64,000 nucleotides of DNA from an uncultured Candidatus Saccharibacteria bacterium (GCA_964434255.1 CAYSUL010000001.1:181695-245694); one strand, 5' to 3'; shown: positions 28,753-39,386, counted from the stretch's first letter. Program-made: numbers and translations. The notes: a model not told the origin generated them from the sequence alone.

Positions 28753-29241
28753 CTATGCTGCGAAAGGCTCGAACACCGGCGACTGGAGGAGTTCGCTCGC
28801 GTTGTCGTTTTGATAGACCTGGAGATTGAAGCGCTCCCCAGCCAGCACGTTCGGGATCCACTCCTTGTCGGACGCGAGCATCCGATGGAACGGAAGCTTG
28901 TCTTTCGAATGCCACCACACCGGGCTCGCCCACATATCCTGCGTATCGGACGGCTCACCGCGGAATGATGTGACGAGATAGACATAGACGCGCCAGACGC
29001 TCGCCACTCCGTTATGGAAGGTGATGACCGCCCGTAGGTCCTCGTCCGTCACATCGATAGCGAGTCCCACTTCCTCCTGCGTTTCGCGAACGACGCATTC
29101 GTTCGTTGTCTCCCCCGGGTCCACCTTCCCGCCCGGACCATTCAGGGTGTCGCCGCCTATTTCCGCTGTGCGCTTTTTGAGTCCAAGGAGGAGCTGGTCC
29201 CCGCGGACGATGAGCGCGAGCGTCGCCTGCTTCATATCCAT
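28753..29241 (-). CDS. NUDIX hydrolase (MutT-like)
   Basis: Nudix box GGKVDPGETTNECVVRETQEEVGL. Start set at MDMKQATLALIV. Confidence 0.8.
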   Translation of the reverse strand: MDMKQATLALIVRGDQLLLGLKKRTAEIGGDTLNGPGGKVDPGETTNECVVRETQEEVGLAIDVTDEDLRAVITFHNGVASVWRVYVYLVTSFRGEPSDTQDMWASPVWWHSKDKLPFHRMLASDKEWIPNVLAGERFNLQVYQNDNASELLQSPVFEPFAA

Positions 29242-29345
29242 AGGGTACTCCTTTCCTGGTCCATTCATACCCCTAAAGCCACACCTCATCAACCGCTCAC
29301 GGAAAAGCGCTATACTCTCCGTACTTGGAAGCTAACCGAATATCC

Positions 29346-29942
29346 ATGACCTATACCGCACGCACGTTTTCCCTACCCGAGCTCTCCGGCCTCTCGAAGA
29401 AGCAGATGGACGTCCACCTCGCCCTCTACGAAGGGTACGTGAAGCATGTGAACGTCATCCTCGACACCATCAAGCGGTTGCGGGATGAGGACGCTGAGGC
29501 GAACGCATTCGTGATGAACGAGCTCCGCCGTCGCCTCGGATTCGAGTTCGATGGCATGCGCATGCACGAGTACTATTTCGAGCAGCTCGAGAAGGGACCA
29601 AGCCAAGCCGCGGAGGATTCTCCGCTCGCAAATGCAGCGTCCGAGAAGTACGGCAACTGGGCGAGCTTCATAACGCACCTGAAGGAAGTCGCGGGCACGC
29701 GCGGCATCGGCTGGGTCGTCACGTACTTCGATCCACGGATAAATTCTCTCCATACCGCCTTCGTCGGCGACCATGAGCTCGGGCAGCTCGCTGGCCTTCC
29801 TATCATCCTCGCTATCGACCTATGGGAGCATGCGTACATGGTCGACTACGTTCCGGCGGAGAAGAAGACCTATGTCGATGCATTCCTCGCGAGCGTGGAT
29901 TGGGATCTCGTGAACGAACGCTTCGCGAACGCAGCGACGTAG
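29346..29942 (+). CDS. sodA: Fe/Mn superoxide dismutase family protein
   Basis: C-terminal DLWEHAYMVDY and IGWVVTYF. N-terminal DVH...KHVN ligand pattern. ATG at 29346 (track start 29325 is TTG). Confidence 0.7.
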   Translation: MTYTARTFSLPELSGLSKKQMDVHLALYEGYVKHVNVILDTIKRLRDEDAEANAFVMNELRRRLGFEFDGMRMHEYYFEQLEKGPSQAAEDSPLANAASEKYGNWASFITHLKEVAGTRGIGWVVTYFDPRINSLHTAFVGDHELGQLAGLPIILAIDLWEHAYMVDYVPAEKKTYVDAFLASVDWDLVNERFANAAT

Positions 29943-29948
29943 AACAAG

Positions 29949-31424
29949 TCAGATAGAAGGAGCGTCTGCGACAGATATCGCGGGCGCTTTTTCTTTGAGC
30001 GCGCGCATACCGAATGCCAGGAGCAGGTACAGAAGAATCACTATCCAGAACGGGAACAGCGGAATGGTCAGGCTCGCGAACGGGAGCGCTGCACTGAGCT
30101 CTGCGACTTCGACCAAGTACCAGAGCAGAAGAAGCGCAGGAAGCCCAGCAATGGTCGCGAAGACGGGCATGAGGATACCGACGAATCCCGCGATCGCGGA
30201 GAAGAGCATTGCGAGCGGAACGACCGGAAGCGCGAGCACGTTCGCCGGAAGCGCGACGAGCGAGAGGTTCCCCGTCTGGTACAGAAGAAGCGGAAGCACG
30301 AAGAGCTGCGCTGCAATAGTAGTCGCGATGATATCGCGCAGGAATGCATTCCGGATGCGCACGAGGTGCGGCTCGATGATGGGGCTTCCTATGATAAGTC
30401 CGAGCGTGGCGACGAATGAGAATTGGAATCCTGGGTCATGCACGAGGAGAAGCGGGTTCCATAAAAGCATGATGACGAGCACGAAGACGAGAGCGCGTAA
30501 TGCGTCGTAGGTGCGACCGCTCGCGCGCGCAAATAATCCCAAGCCCGCCATGATGCCCGCGCGCGCTGCGGACGCCCCGGCACCTGCCGCAAGCACGAAG
30601 AGAAGTATCGTGAACCCGGCGAGCACTATCGCCACCCGCTTCCGGAGGAAGCTGAACGCGCGCAACATCGCCTCGGCGATTACCATCACGTTGTATCCCG
30701 ACAGGACGACGATGGGTAGGAGACCCGCGATGGTGAACGCCTCGAGCAGCTCCTTCCCGAGCCCCTGCTTCCCTCCCGTGATTATCCCGACGGCGAGGCT
30801 CGCGTAGGGTTCCGGAAGTGCGTTGGATAATCCATGCACGAAGAGATGCTTCGTTTCGTAGAGGTACCTACGGAGGCTAGGCTGGTCATCGAGCAGTCGT
30901 ATCTTCGCGAAGCCTATGATGCCGAAGACGCCGTCCTTGGCGAGGAAGCTATCGTACCGGAAGGTGCGCCCGCCATCGGTCACGAAGGGTTCAGGACGCT
31001 CGAGCGTTCCGCGCACCTCAAGGACCTGCCCATGCGAGAGCTCGGGGTACAAAGGGGCGACCACGAGCATGCGCGTGCGCTCTCCTTCGTGTTCCACGGC
31101 GAGCGTGACACGCTGCGTGGTCTCCCGAATGTCGGGGTCGCCCTCAATCCTTCCGGTAAGAACAACCTTGGTATCGAAGAGCGGGAGGAATGCATCGGGA
31201 GCTGCGACAGGAGCGACAGCTACGCGCACCATTCCAACGAGAAGCCCAAGAAGGCAGAGGGCTGATAGGACATAGGCTTCGCTCCTTTTGAGGAGCGATA
31301 AAAAAGATAAAGAAAAGATGATGGACGCCAACAGCGCCATCACTTCCCAGGATATCAAGAGTAGCGAAGCCAGGGCGATCCCCAGAATGAACGATAAAAT
31401 CGCAAAGATAAGCCGCCTGGGCAC
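29949..31424 (-). CDS. comEC: ComEC/Rec2 competence membrane protein, N-terminal part only (DUF4131 + competence channel domain, no MBL domain)
   Basis: 491 aa and polytopic. Typical ComEC N-terminal hairpin and OB region. Ends before any MBL motif. Confidence 0.75.
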   Translation of the reverse strand: MPRRLIFAILSFILGIALASLLLISWEVMALLASIIFSLSFLSLLKRSEAYVLSALCLLGLLVGMVRVAVAPVAAPDAFLPLFDTKVVLTGRIEGDPDIRETTQRVTLAVEHEGERTRMLVVAPLYPELSHGQVLEVRGTLERPEPFVTDGGRTFRYDSFLAKDGVFGIIGFAKIRLLDDQPSLRRYLYETKHLFVHGLSNALPEPYASLAVGIITGGKQGLGKELLEAFTIAGLLPIVVLSGYNVMVIAEAMLRAFSFLRKRVAIVLAGFTILLFVLAAGAGASAARAGIMAGLGLFARASGRTYDALRALVFVLVIMLLWNPLLLVHDPGFQFSFVATLGLIIGSPIIEPHLVRIRNAFLRDIIATTIAAQLFVLPLLLYQTGNLSLVALPANVLALPVVPLAMLFSAIAGFVGILMPVFATIAGLPALLLLWYLVEVAELSAALPFASLTIPLFPFWIVILLYLLLAFGMRALKEKAPAISVADAPSI

Positions 31425-31480
31425 ACGGCTATTCTAGGAAACAAATATGAAGAAAAGCTGGAGGAAGTATGAAACCGGTT

Positions 31481-31903
31481 TTATCGACCCCTATCCATCG
31501 CGATATTGGCGAGTTCGTCCGCGTCCTTGTTCTTCTCCCGGTACACATGCTCGAATGAAACCTCTCCAAAGGAGCGCGCGAGGAGATTCTTGAGTACCAG
31601 ATGCCGTGGAACAAGATTAGGGTGCTTCACCTTGTAGTTGCCCTTGAGCTGCTCGATGACGAGCTTGGAGTCCATACGGATGGTAAGCGGGGTCGACTTC
31701 AAGATCTCGAGAGGGTATTCCTTGGAAAGCGCGGTGAGTCCGCGAATGACCGCCTCGTACTCCGCGATGTTGTTGGTCGCAACGCCGAGATAATCAGAGA
31801 CTTCGACCACACGCTTCCCAAGCGAATCGAAGACGACCGAGCCCGCACCTGCAGGCCCCGGGTTCCCGCGAGCACCGCCATCGGCATAGAGCGTGAAATG
31901 CAT
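31481..31903 (-). CDS. rnhA: ribonuclease HI
   Basis: 140 aa from MHFTLYADGGARGNPGPAGAG. DEDD catalytic residues. Confidence 0.85.
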   Translation of the reverse strand: MHFTLYADGGARGNPGPAGAGSVVFDSLGKRVVEVSDYLGVATNNIAEYEAVIRGLTALSKEYPLEILKSTPLTIRMDSKLVIEQLKGNYKVKHPNLVPRHLVLKNLLARSFGEVSFEHVYREKNKDADELANIAMDRGR

Positions 31904-32144
31904 GGGAGGAGTATACCAAGTAATGAAGGCCGCCCGCGTCTCCGCGGGCGGTTCTCTCACAGGAAGGGACAGCCGTCTTCTTCGGGCAGCGATTCCAATT
32001 TCTCGCGACCCCCTTCCCGTATTGATGTGATCCACTCACTCAGGTCGTAGAGCGCAGCGGCCACCATTTCACCGATATGGGTGAGTTGTCGTTCGAGCCA
32101 TTGCATAGGAACCTCCTCCCACTGACTTCATAGAACGCCCGCTG

Positions 32145-33866
32145 CTACCGGATGTCAATGATGCGCAATCGCACCGGCTGACCGCGCGAGAACGTGTCGC
32201 GCTCGAGATGAACGAGCAGCGATGTGCGACCACCCACGAGGAGCGCATCGCACGAGCTTCCGAGCTCGCGCCTCGCATAGAAAGAAATCGCTTCGATGGT
32301 GTCGCTCCCGAACTCGTCGCGCAGCAGCTTCACGCGCAAGTGCTCCCCCGCCTTCCCGAACCACGAGACCTCCGAGAGCTCTATGTGCGAGAGCGCGAAC
32401 GCTGGCTTGCTGTTGCCCATACCGAACGGCGCGAACCGCTCGAGCGAGAGCAGCGTCTTTACCGACACCTGTTCGGGAGTGAGGTGCGCATCCGCTCTCG
32501 ACTCCTCTGCGTCATGCTTCGGAAGCGTAGCGAGCGCTTCCACGAGACGCGCCTCGAGGTCGAATACCTTGTCGGGCGCAACCGAGAATCCGCCCGAGGC
32601 CGCGTGCCCACCGAACTCGATGAATGCATCGGTCGCCGCGTGCATGAGCTCGTTCACGCTCGTCTTCCCTCCCGCCCTACACGAACCCTTGAGCGTCTCG
32701 TTCCCTTCACGTCCCCAGAGGAATACCGGACGACTGTATTCTTCCGCGATACCGTTCGCGACAAGTCCCAGAAGTCCCGGACGCCAATCCGGGTCGCCCA
32801 TGACGATGACTGCAGGAAGCTCTCCTTCAAGCTTCCGTTTCTCGATGCGTTCATGCACCGCCTTCGTCGTTGCGCCTGCGACCGCACGCCTGGAACGATT
32901 CGTCGCTTCGAGCAGCTTCGCGAGCTCGTCCGCTTCGCTCTCATCCTCCGTCGTGAAGAGACGGAACGCATCGCGCGGGTCCCCCATCCTTGAAGCTGCA
33001 TTCACCCTCGGCGCGATCATGAAACCGACGTCGTCCTCCGTGATGCGCTTCTGGTCCACGCGCGCGACCTTGCATAATCGCTGGAGACCGAGGCGCGGTG
33101 ACTTCCGCATCACCATGAGCCCGTATTTCGCGATAACCCGGTTCTCTCCACGAAGGGGCACCATGTCAGCGATGGTCGAGAGCCCTGCCATATCAAGGAG
33201 CCACTTCTCCCATCCAGGCGCGATATCCTCCCTTCCAGCGAAACCATGCTGCAAGGTCGCGCACGCGAGCTTCCAGGCGATGCCTCCGCCGCACAGGTCC
33301 AGGAATGGATACGTCTCGTCCTCACGTGCCTTCGGATCCACGACCGCATACGCAGGAGGAAGATCACCCGAGGGTAGATGGTGGTCCGTGACGATGACCT
33401 CCATGCCGAGCTCATTCGCTCGCGCGACAGCACTGTTGTCGACGATGCCCACATCCACCGTGACGATGAGCTTCGTTCCCTCCCTAGCGAGCTTCTCGAT
33501 GCCGGGGATATTCATCCCGTACCCTTCCAAGTGACGATGCGGGATATAGTTCGTGAAATCAGCGCCCGCCTTCTTGAGGAAGTCATGGAGGACGACACCG
33601 CCCGGAATACCATCGCAGTCATAGTCGCTCCACACCGTTACCCGTTCCTTCTCGCTTATCGCACGCGCAAGACGTTCGGCTGCTTTGGGCATATCCGTCA
33701 TGAGCATCGGGTCATGGATATGCTCATCGTATGAGGGCGAGAGGAACGCCTCGGCTTCTTCGGCTGTCGTTATCCCCCTCCTGGCAAGGAGCGATGCCGT
33801 GAAATCATCGTATGCGCGGAGCGTATTGCGCGACTTCTCATCAAGGGGGTCATGGAGCGGGAACAT
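32145..33866 (-). CDS. recJ: single-stranded-DNA-specific exonuclease RecJ
   Basis: DHH motifs (VIVTDHH, DYDCDG). Start set at MFPLHDPL to avoid overlap with the divergent HIT gene. Confidence 0.85.
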   Translation of the reverse strand: MFPLHDPLDEKSRNTLRAYDDFTASLLARRGITTAEEAEAFLSPSYDEHIHDPMLMTDMPKAAERLARAISEKERVTVWSDYDCDGIPGGVVLHDFLKKAGADFTNYIPHRHLEGYGMNIPGIEKLAREGTKLIVTVDVGIVDNSAVARANELGMEVIVTDHHLPSGDLPPAYAVVDPKAREDETYPFLDLCGGGIAWKLACATLQHGFAGREDIAPGWEKWLLDMAGLSTIADMVPLRGENRVIAKYGLMVMRKSPRLGLQRLCKVARVDQKRITEDDVGFMIAPRVNAASRMGDPRDAFRLFTTEDESEADELAKLLEATNRSRRAVAGATTKAVHERIEKRKLEGELPAVIVMGDPDWRPGLLGLVANGIAEEYSRPVFLWGREGNETLKGSCRAGGKTSVNELMHAATDAFIEFGGHAASGGFSVAPDKVFDLEARLVEALATLPKHDAEESRADAHLTPEQVSVKTLLSLERFAPFGMGNSKPAFALSHIELSEVSWFGKAGEHLRVKLLRDEFGSDTIEAISFYARRELGSSCDALLVGGRTSLLVHLERDTFSRGQPVRLRIIDIR

Positions 33867-33912
33867 GTGGGCGCATTGTATCAAAAGCCGGACCTGTCGT
33901 ATCCTTGAGCAT

Positions 33913-34326
33913 ATGGAACCGACTATTTTCGAGAAGATACTCAGCCGCGAGATACCAGCGAATATCATCTATGAAGATGGCGATACGCTCGCATTCCTCG
34001 ATATCGCACCGAACAACCCCGGCCACACGCTCATCATCCCGAAGGTGCACTCCCGGAACCTTCTCGATATCACCGAGGATTCCTGGCTCGCTGTCATGCG
34101 TACCGCACGCAAGCTCGCGCCCATCATCAAGGAAGCGGTCGGTGCCGATGGGATCAATATCGCGATGAATAACGAGCCGGCTGCGGGCCAGGTCGTGTTC
34201 CACGCGCATGTTCACCTCATCCCGCGCCACGAAGGCGACGGCTTCACGCACTTCCCGCAAGGGAAATACGAGGACGGCGAAGCGGAAGCGCTCGCAGAAC
34301 GGATTAAGGCAAGGATCGCCAACTAA
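33913..34326 (+). CDS. HIT family (Hint-like) nucleotide hydrolase
   Basis: 137 aa from MEPTIFEKIL. HAHVHLIPR histidine triad. Confidence 0.8.
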   Translation: MEPTIFEKILSREIPANIIYEDGDTLAFLDIAPNNPGHTLIIPKVHSRNLLDITEDSWLAVMRTARKLAPIIKEAVGADGINIAMNNEPAAGQVVFHAHVHLIPRHEGDGFTHFPQGKYEDGEAEALAERIKARIAN

Positions 34327-35477
34327 CGAAGCGCGTCGATACCCGGAAGCGAACCGTCCGCGAGGAAGTCGAGCATTGCGCCCCCACCCGTGGAGACGAA
34401 CGAGATGCGACCATCGAGCCCCAGCTTCTCTATCGCAGCAATGGTGTCGCCTCCCCCAACGATCGAGTGGGCATTCGACTGCGCGATGATGCGCACGAGC
34501 GCCTCGGTCGCATCAGTAAATCCCTTCTCATAGTTGCCGAGCGGACCGTTCCACAGGACGGTCTTCGCTTTTCCTATGAGCTCGCTCAAAAGCTCGACGG
34601 TCTTGGGCCCATCATCAAGTATGGCCTCATTCGGAGCGACTACCGTCACGCCCGAAAGATGCCCGTCCTCGCGCTTGCTTCCCCTGGGCGCGACGACATA
34701 GTCGACGGGCAGCTTCAACTTCGGGTTCTCGAGAATCTTCTTGAGCGCAGCGTGGTCGGCTCCCGACACGAGCGATGCCCCTACCGGTTCCCCCTTCGCT
34801 TGCATGAAATCGTTCGCGAGCGCGCCGCCCACGAACACATGGTCATACGACGCAAGCAGCGTAGCGAGCACCGGTTCTTTCGTAGAGAACTTCGCGCCGC
34901 CCATGATGGCGAGCGATGGGCGTTTCGGGTTAAGCGCCTTGGTGAGTTCCATCACCTCCTTCTCCACCTGGAAGCCAGCATATGACGGAAGGAGCTCTGG
35001 TACTCCTATGACCGAAGCATGCGCACGATGGCAGACATCGAATGAGTCTTGGACGAAGATGTCCGCGAGCATTGCGAGCTCTGCTGCGAACGCTGGATCA
35101 TTCTCCCTCTCCCCTTTGTCGCGACGTAAATTCTCCAGCATGAGCACATCGCCCGGTACCGTATCGCGCACGGCCTGCCGAGCCACGGGACCGGTCGCGC
35201 TTTCGCAGAACCGAATGTTCGGAATGAACTCCTTCATCGCTTCGTATACCGGACGGAGCGTTTCCGTCCCCTTGTCGCCGATGTGCCCTATGAGGATCAC
35301 TCGCGCATGGTGCTTCCGCAGGAATTCGATTGAAGCGAGCGCGCTACGGAGCCGGAACGTATTCATAACTCTCCCGTCCGCGACCGGTACATTGAGCGCG
35401 GCGCGCACCAATACCGGTACGTTCTCAAGATGAGTGATATCGCGCAGCGTTTTCATGTGTCCCATGATACCGCGCAT
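34323..35477 (-). CDS. pgk: phosphoglycerate kinase
   Basis: 384 aa. N- and C-terminal PGK signatures. Confidence 0.93.
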   Translation of the reverse strand: MRGIMGHMKTLRDITHLENVPVLVRAALNVPVADGRVMNTFRLRSALASIEFLRKHHARVILIGHIGDKGTETLRPVYEAMKEFIPNIRFCESATGPVARQAVRDTVPGDVLMLENLRRDKGERENDPAFAAELAMLADIFVQDSFDVCHRAHASVIGVPELLPSYAGFQVEKEVMELTKALNPKRPSLAIMGGAKFSTKEPVLATLLASYDHVFVGGALANDFMQAKGEPVGASLVSGADHAALKKILENPKLKLPVDYVVAPRGSKREDGHLSGVTVVAPNEAILDDGPKTVELLSELIGKAKTVLWNGPLGNYEKGFTDATEALVRIIAQSNAHSIVGGGDTIAAIEKLGLDGRISFVSTGGGAMLDFLADGSLPGIDALR

Positions 35478-35495
35478 AAAGAAAAACGGCGGGAG

Positions 35496-35984
35496 TCATC
35501 CCGCCGCCCTTTTCATCGCCTCGCTCGCACGCAGCTCAGCCCGTAACTTCATCCAGATCCTTCCGAGATGATTCAGGCCCTTTCCGTCGGGCCCTCTGCC
35601 CCAGAACCCATCCTTAGGCGAATCCTCGATCAGCTCGCGATTACCGCTCGCAAGCAACTCCTTCTGCAGGAAGGCATGCTGTTCGAGCTTCGCACGGAGT
35701 ATCTGCTCCATGACGCAGAGCTTCTCCTCTTCCCAGTCCGGGCGGACGTGCTCGAGGCACTCCGCCACGAGTTCTCGTGCGCGCTTCTTAGCAAGATGCG
35801 CGGAAGACTGCCTGAAGATGTCCTCCTTGTCCTGCTTCAGGATGAACTTCTCGGACTGATACGCGTGCTCCGAGGTCATCCATAGGCGACCCTTCCAGAA
35901 GACTGCGAACGACGCGAAATTCGAGAATCCATAGAACCGCTGCTCATAGAAGCGCACGGACCCCTTAATCTGTTTCCGTCCCAT
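35496..35984 (-). CDS. NADAR / YbiA-like (DUF1768) protein
   Basis: 162 aa. FYGFSNFA...HAYQSEKF and GRNHLGRIWMKLR motifs. Confidence 0.7.
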   Translation of the reverse strand: MGRKQIKGSVRFYEQRFYGFSNFASFAVFWKGRLWMTSEHAYQSEKFILKQDKEDIFRQSSAHLAKKRARELVAECLEHVRPDWEEEKLCVMEQILRAKLEQHAFLQKELLASGNRELIEDSPKDGFWGRGPDGKGLNHLGRIWMKLRAELRASEAMKRAAG

Positions 35985-36048
35985 GCCCGTCTCCCATCAA
36001 AAAGAACTGCCCTGACAATACAGGACAGCACCTCTTCCGCAACCGGAC

Positions 36049-36798
36049 TTATGAAATCGCCTTCACGAGCGCACCGTACGTAGGTACGTCCACGCTCGCG
36101 TGCCCGATGAGGAATCCATCCACTCCACTACCGCTCGCAAGCTGCCGGATGTTCGTGGGCTCCACCGAGCCGCCATAGAGAATGCGTACTTTCTGATTCG
36201 CCTTGCCGGGAATGTAGTCACCGAGCACCTTACGTATATATAGGACGAGCTCTCCGAGGTCGGGAGGAGTAATGGCTTCGCCCGCCGCTTTCCCGATAGC
36301 CCAGATAGGTTCGTATGCGATGACTATGGAGAGGCGTTCCTTAGGGGTGAGCTGGCTGAATACTGCAGCTACCTGCTCGCGTATATGCTTCAGGTACCGC
36401 GCATCCTCGTCGCGCTCGCGTTCGCCAATACAGAGGATGGGAGTGAGTCGATGTGCGAGCGCGTGCCGCACCTTCTCGAGCACTTGGCTGTCGGTTTCCC
36501 CTCCCGCACGACGCTCCGAGTGCCCGACGATGACGTATGAAGCCCCCGCACCTGCCACAGCTGCTGCGGTCACCTCTCCGGTCTGCGCTCCTCCGGTGGT
36601 AAGCGATATATCTTGGGCCGCGAACTTCACCTTGGACTTTCCGGACGCCAATAGCCCGAGGAACGGCGCGGGTGGAGCGAGCACGAGCTCATGCGCACCC
36701 TTCCCCGCAAGACGATTAGCGATAGCGACAAGCGCCTTGGCCTTCTCCGTCCTTTCTACGTATGCCTTCCAATTCGAGACGATGAGCATGTCCCTCAT
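36049..36798 (-). CDS. tpiA: triosephosphate isomerase
   Basis: 249 aa. SNWK, VGHSERR and AYEPIWAIG motifs. Confidence 0.95.
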   Translation of the reverse strand: MRDMLIVSNWKAYVERTEKAKALVAIANRLAGKGAHELVLAPPAPFLGLLASGKSKVKFAAQDISLTTGGAQTGEVTAAAVAGAGASYVIVGHSERRAGGETDSQVLEKVRHALAHRLTPILCIGERERDEDARYLKHIREQVAAVFSQLTPKERLSIVIAYEPIWAIGKAAGEAITPPDLGELVLYIRKVLGDYIPGKANQKVRILYGGSVEPTNIRQLASGSGVDGFLIGHASVDVPTYGALVKAIS

Positions 36799-36860
36799 GA
36801 TACCAGGTCGGCGATATGAAAAGGCGGCCGCGTGCGCGACCGCCTTGTCCCTGTCTGAAC

Positions 36861-37292
36861 CTATTCGCCCTTACCGGCGAGCTTCAGCAGGCCGTCGCTC
36901 ACCCGATGCAGGCATCGTTCGAGCGGACTCTTCCCGTCCACGGTTCCCCCGTATTCAGTGGGAGGTATCCCGTGCTCTTCGAGCAGGACCCGTCCGTTCG
37001 GCAGGAGCAGAATCAGAAACTGCGCGTCTCCCGTAACGAATCTGCTGCCCTTTGCCCAAGAACGCACGCCGCCTTCTTTCTTAAGAAGAACGGTTATGCA
37101 CTCCATTTCCGCGCGCGAATCCTCCGGAACAAAGCCGTAGGAACATTGTCTGGACGCGATACTGACCTCAGAGTCCTCGAGCCGAGTGAGCGGTTCAAGG
37201 ATGGTCTCTATCGCGTATAGGACTCCGAGCGCGACTTGCGATACCACCGTAAGAGCGCGGTGGGTAGGGACTAATCTATCCGCGGACATTGC
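36861..37292 (-). CDS. hypothetical protein (start uncertain: 37292 or 37370)
   Basis: ~143 aa. Directly upstream of the pseudopilin genes. Confidence 0.35.
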   Translation of the reverse strand, partial: AMSADRLVPTHRALTVVSQVALGVLYAIETILEPLTRLEDSEVSIASRQCSYGFVPEDSRAEMECITVLLKKEGGVRSWAKGSRFVTGDAQFLILLLPNGRVLLEEHGIPPTEYGGTVDGKSPLERCLHRVSDGLLKLAGKGE

Positions 37293-37354
37293 TTCACCTC
37301 GCCCAATGTGTGTTCCATCACCATTACGCACCCAATCATCAGGAAAATCAAGCG

Positions 37355-38791
37355 TTACTCCTCCCGCCAATCCACGAACTGGTAATCATTGCTCACCGCC
37401 GGCGTGAACGCCGGAGGGTCGGTCGCAAGCTGCCTATCATACGCATCGATGCGAGTACCGTAGCCTGCAAAGTTCCCGCATCCACCGTTCCATTTCGTGC
37501 CGGTCCGCTTGTTCGACACCGTGGTCCCCCTGATGGTTAGTTGCGTTTTGGGTTCGTATAAAGAAGAGCACCCGCTGTAGTAATTGCGCCCGAACGCCCC
37601 TCCCTGCGCAATGAAGATACCGTTGAGCGTCATAGTAGCGGGAGAGTCCGGCGTGATGAGGATGTCGTGCTCGGCGATGAACGTAAGCCCATCGGAACCG
37701 TCGCCCGCCTGGTACACGGTATTCCCGCGCAGGTACCCGTTCGGCGCGATACCGGCGTCGACCACATTCGCGGCGACGATGGTCACCTTATCGGTCACCG
37801 TCCCCTCTATCCAGACATGGTCCTCGATGAACATGAATTTGCAGTTGGCGGGAAGCGTGTAGGTGGCGTAGAACGTTTCGTTCTGCATGAGCGCCCGATC
37901 GGTAGAGCCGTCAGCGCTGTTAACCGGCGTCACATTCAACTGCGTTGTCGACGTTACTCGATTCACGGTGATGGTGCCGTTCGCATTAAAGATGAGGTGA
38001 TAGCCCTTCCAGTAGGCAGCGCCGTTGCTGTTGCCGGTGGAATACCGAGGCAGGTAGATGCCGTTCGTCTGGGCTATCGTCTTCAAGCTCCCGAAGTCCG
38101 CTGAGATACCGGCGAAGTCGACCTGCGGCGCAGGATAACTCCACAAGGTCTGATTAGGCCCCGCGCCCCACACTCCGTTCTTCGTCGCGCTCGGGCTGCA
38201 GCCGAATGACGAGGTACAGAGCCAGGTCGAGAGCGAGCTCGTGACGGGCGCGTTCGCGGTACCGTCCATGCGGATGCCTCCGTTGCTGTGATACGGCCCA
38301 TTGATGACGCGATCGGCACCTGCCCATACGCTATCGTTCAGCACATAGGAATACTGCGCGACGGTCGGGCGTGTGTACCGCACCGAAATGGTGCGCGATG
38401 TGTTGCTGCCGGTTGGCTGACCAGTGGACGAAAGATCGACCGAAGTCGTCTGCCCGCACGAGGTGTTCCCCACCACATCGAGCGTGACCTCGCCTGCCAC
38501 ACCGCCCTCAGGATCGTTGTATGAAAGTACGTACGGCCCTGGCTGTCCGGTGCCGTTCGTCAGATCACTGGGATAGTGCGCGAGGAACCATCGGTAGTAT
38601 TCGAGCCCCGCTTCCGCGAGCGAGAATGCGCGGGCGCGTTCCGTGCTTACGTTCTGCAAACGATTCTCGGTCAGGACGAAGCTCGCGAGGCTTCCGAGCA
38701 CGGTAAGGAATATCGCCCCGAATACGAGACCGAGGAGGAGGAGATATCCGCGTGAAGGAGCGTTGCGCATACCTTCCATACTACTCGGCAC
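37355..38791 (-). CDS. PilX-like type IV pilus minor pilin/assembly protein, large (478 aa)
   Basis: N-terminal TM plus the PilX_N signature (LTENRLQNVSTERARAFSLAEAGLEYYRW). Ser/Thr/Gly/Asn-rich extracellular region. Confidence 0.6.
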   Translation of the reverse strand: MPSSMEGMRNAPSRGYLLLLGLVFGAIFLTVLGSLASFVLTENRLQNVSTERARAFSLAEAGLEYYRWFLAHYPSDLTNGTGQPGPYVLSYNDPEGGVAGEVTLDVVGNTSCGQTTSVDLSSTGQPTGSNTSRTISVRYTRPTVAQYSYVLNDSVWAGADRVINGPYHSNGGIRMDGTANAPVTSSLSTWLCTSSFGCSPSATKNGVWGAGPNQTLWSYPAPQVDFAGISADFGSLKTIAQTNGIYLPRYSTGNSNGAAYWKGYHLIFNANGTITVNRVTSTTQLNVTPVNSADGSTDRALMQNETFYATYTLPANCKFMFIEDHVWIEGTVTDKVTIVAANVVDAGIAPNGYLRGNTVYQAGDGSDGLTFIAEHDILITPDSPATMTLNGIFIAQGGAFGRNYYSGCSSLYEPKTQLTIRGTTVSNKRTGTKWNGGCGNFAGYGTRIDAYDRQLATDPPAFTPAVSNDYQFVDWREE

Positions 38792-39386
38792 GCAGGTTCC
38801 GGAGCGTCGCCGTTCCGGATAACCGAAAGACGTTCGGCAGGCGGTTCGGGTTGAGGTCCACGTCCATCGTCACCCCGACCGCACGGATGAGCGTAATGGT
38901 AACGGGGTACGCAAGCGCGGTACCGTCGGAACCGTAGTAGGTGAATATCGGCGTCGAGGTCGCGTTCTTCACGTAGGTCGCGACCGTCTCTATCGTTTCC
39001 GGCTGCCCCGTATAGGTCGCAGGATTCCCCGCCGAGCTCGTGATGCCTCGGTAAAGATTCCCGTTGGAAAGATAGGCGCGCACTCGTTCGATACCGCCGT
39101 CCTGGTCGATATCCGCATAGAAGGTCGCGCTCGAGGTCGCGGCAAGCGTAACGAGATACGCGCCATCATCACCATAGGATGCTTCGCGGAAGTTCTGGAG
39201 CGTAAGCGCGAGGCCGCGACGCGCGCTGTCGAGGGCGACCGACTGCTCGAGTATGTAGGCATTACTGCGATAGAAGTACTGGATGGAACCGACGAGGGCT
39301 GCGCCTGCGACCGCTACGATACCGACCACTACTATGGTCTCGGCGAGCGTGAAGCCCCGCATTTGATTAGTCGAAGGTCGCTTCAT
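38781..39386 (-). CDS. pseudopilin (prepilin-type N-terminal methylation motif)
   Basis: Start at MKRPSTNQMRG|FTLAETIVVVGIVAVAGA. GspJ/PilW-like. Confidence 0.7.
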   Translation of the reverse strand: MKRPSTNQMRGFTLAETIVVVGIVAVAGAALVGSIQYFYRSNAYILEQSVALDSARRGLALTLQNFREASYGDDGAYLVTLAATSSATFYADIDQDGGIERVRAYLSNGNLYRGITSSAGNPATYTGQPETIETVATYVKNATSTPIFTYYGSDGTALAYPVTITLIRAVGVTMDVDLNPNRLPNVFRLSGTATLRNLRAE

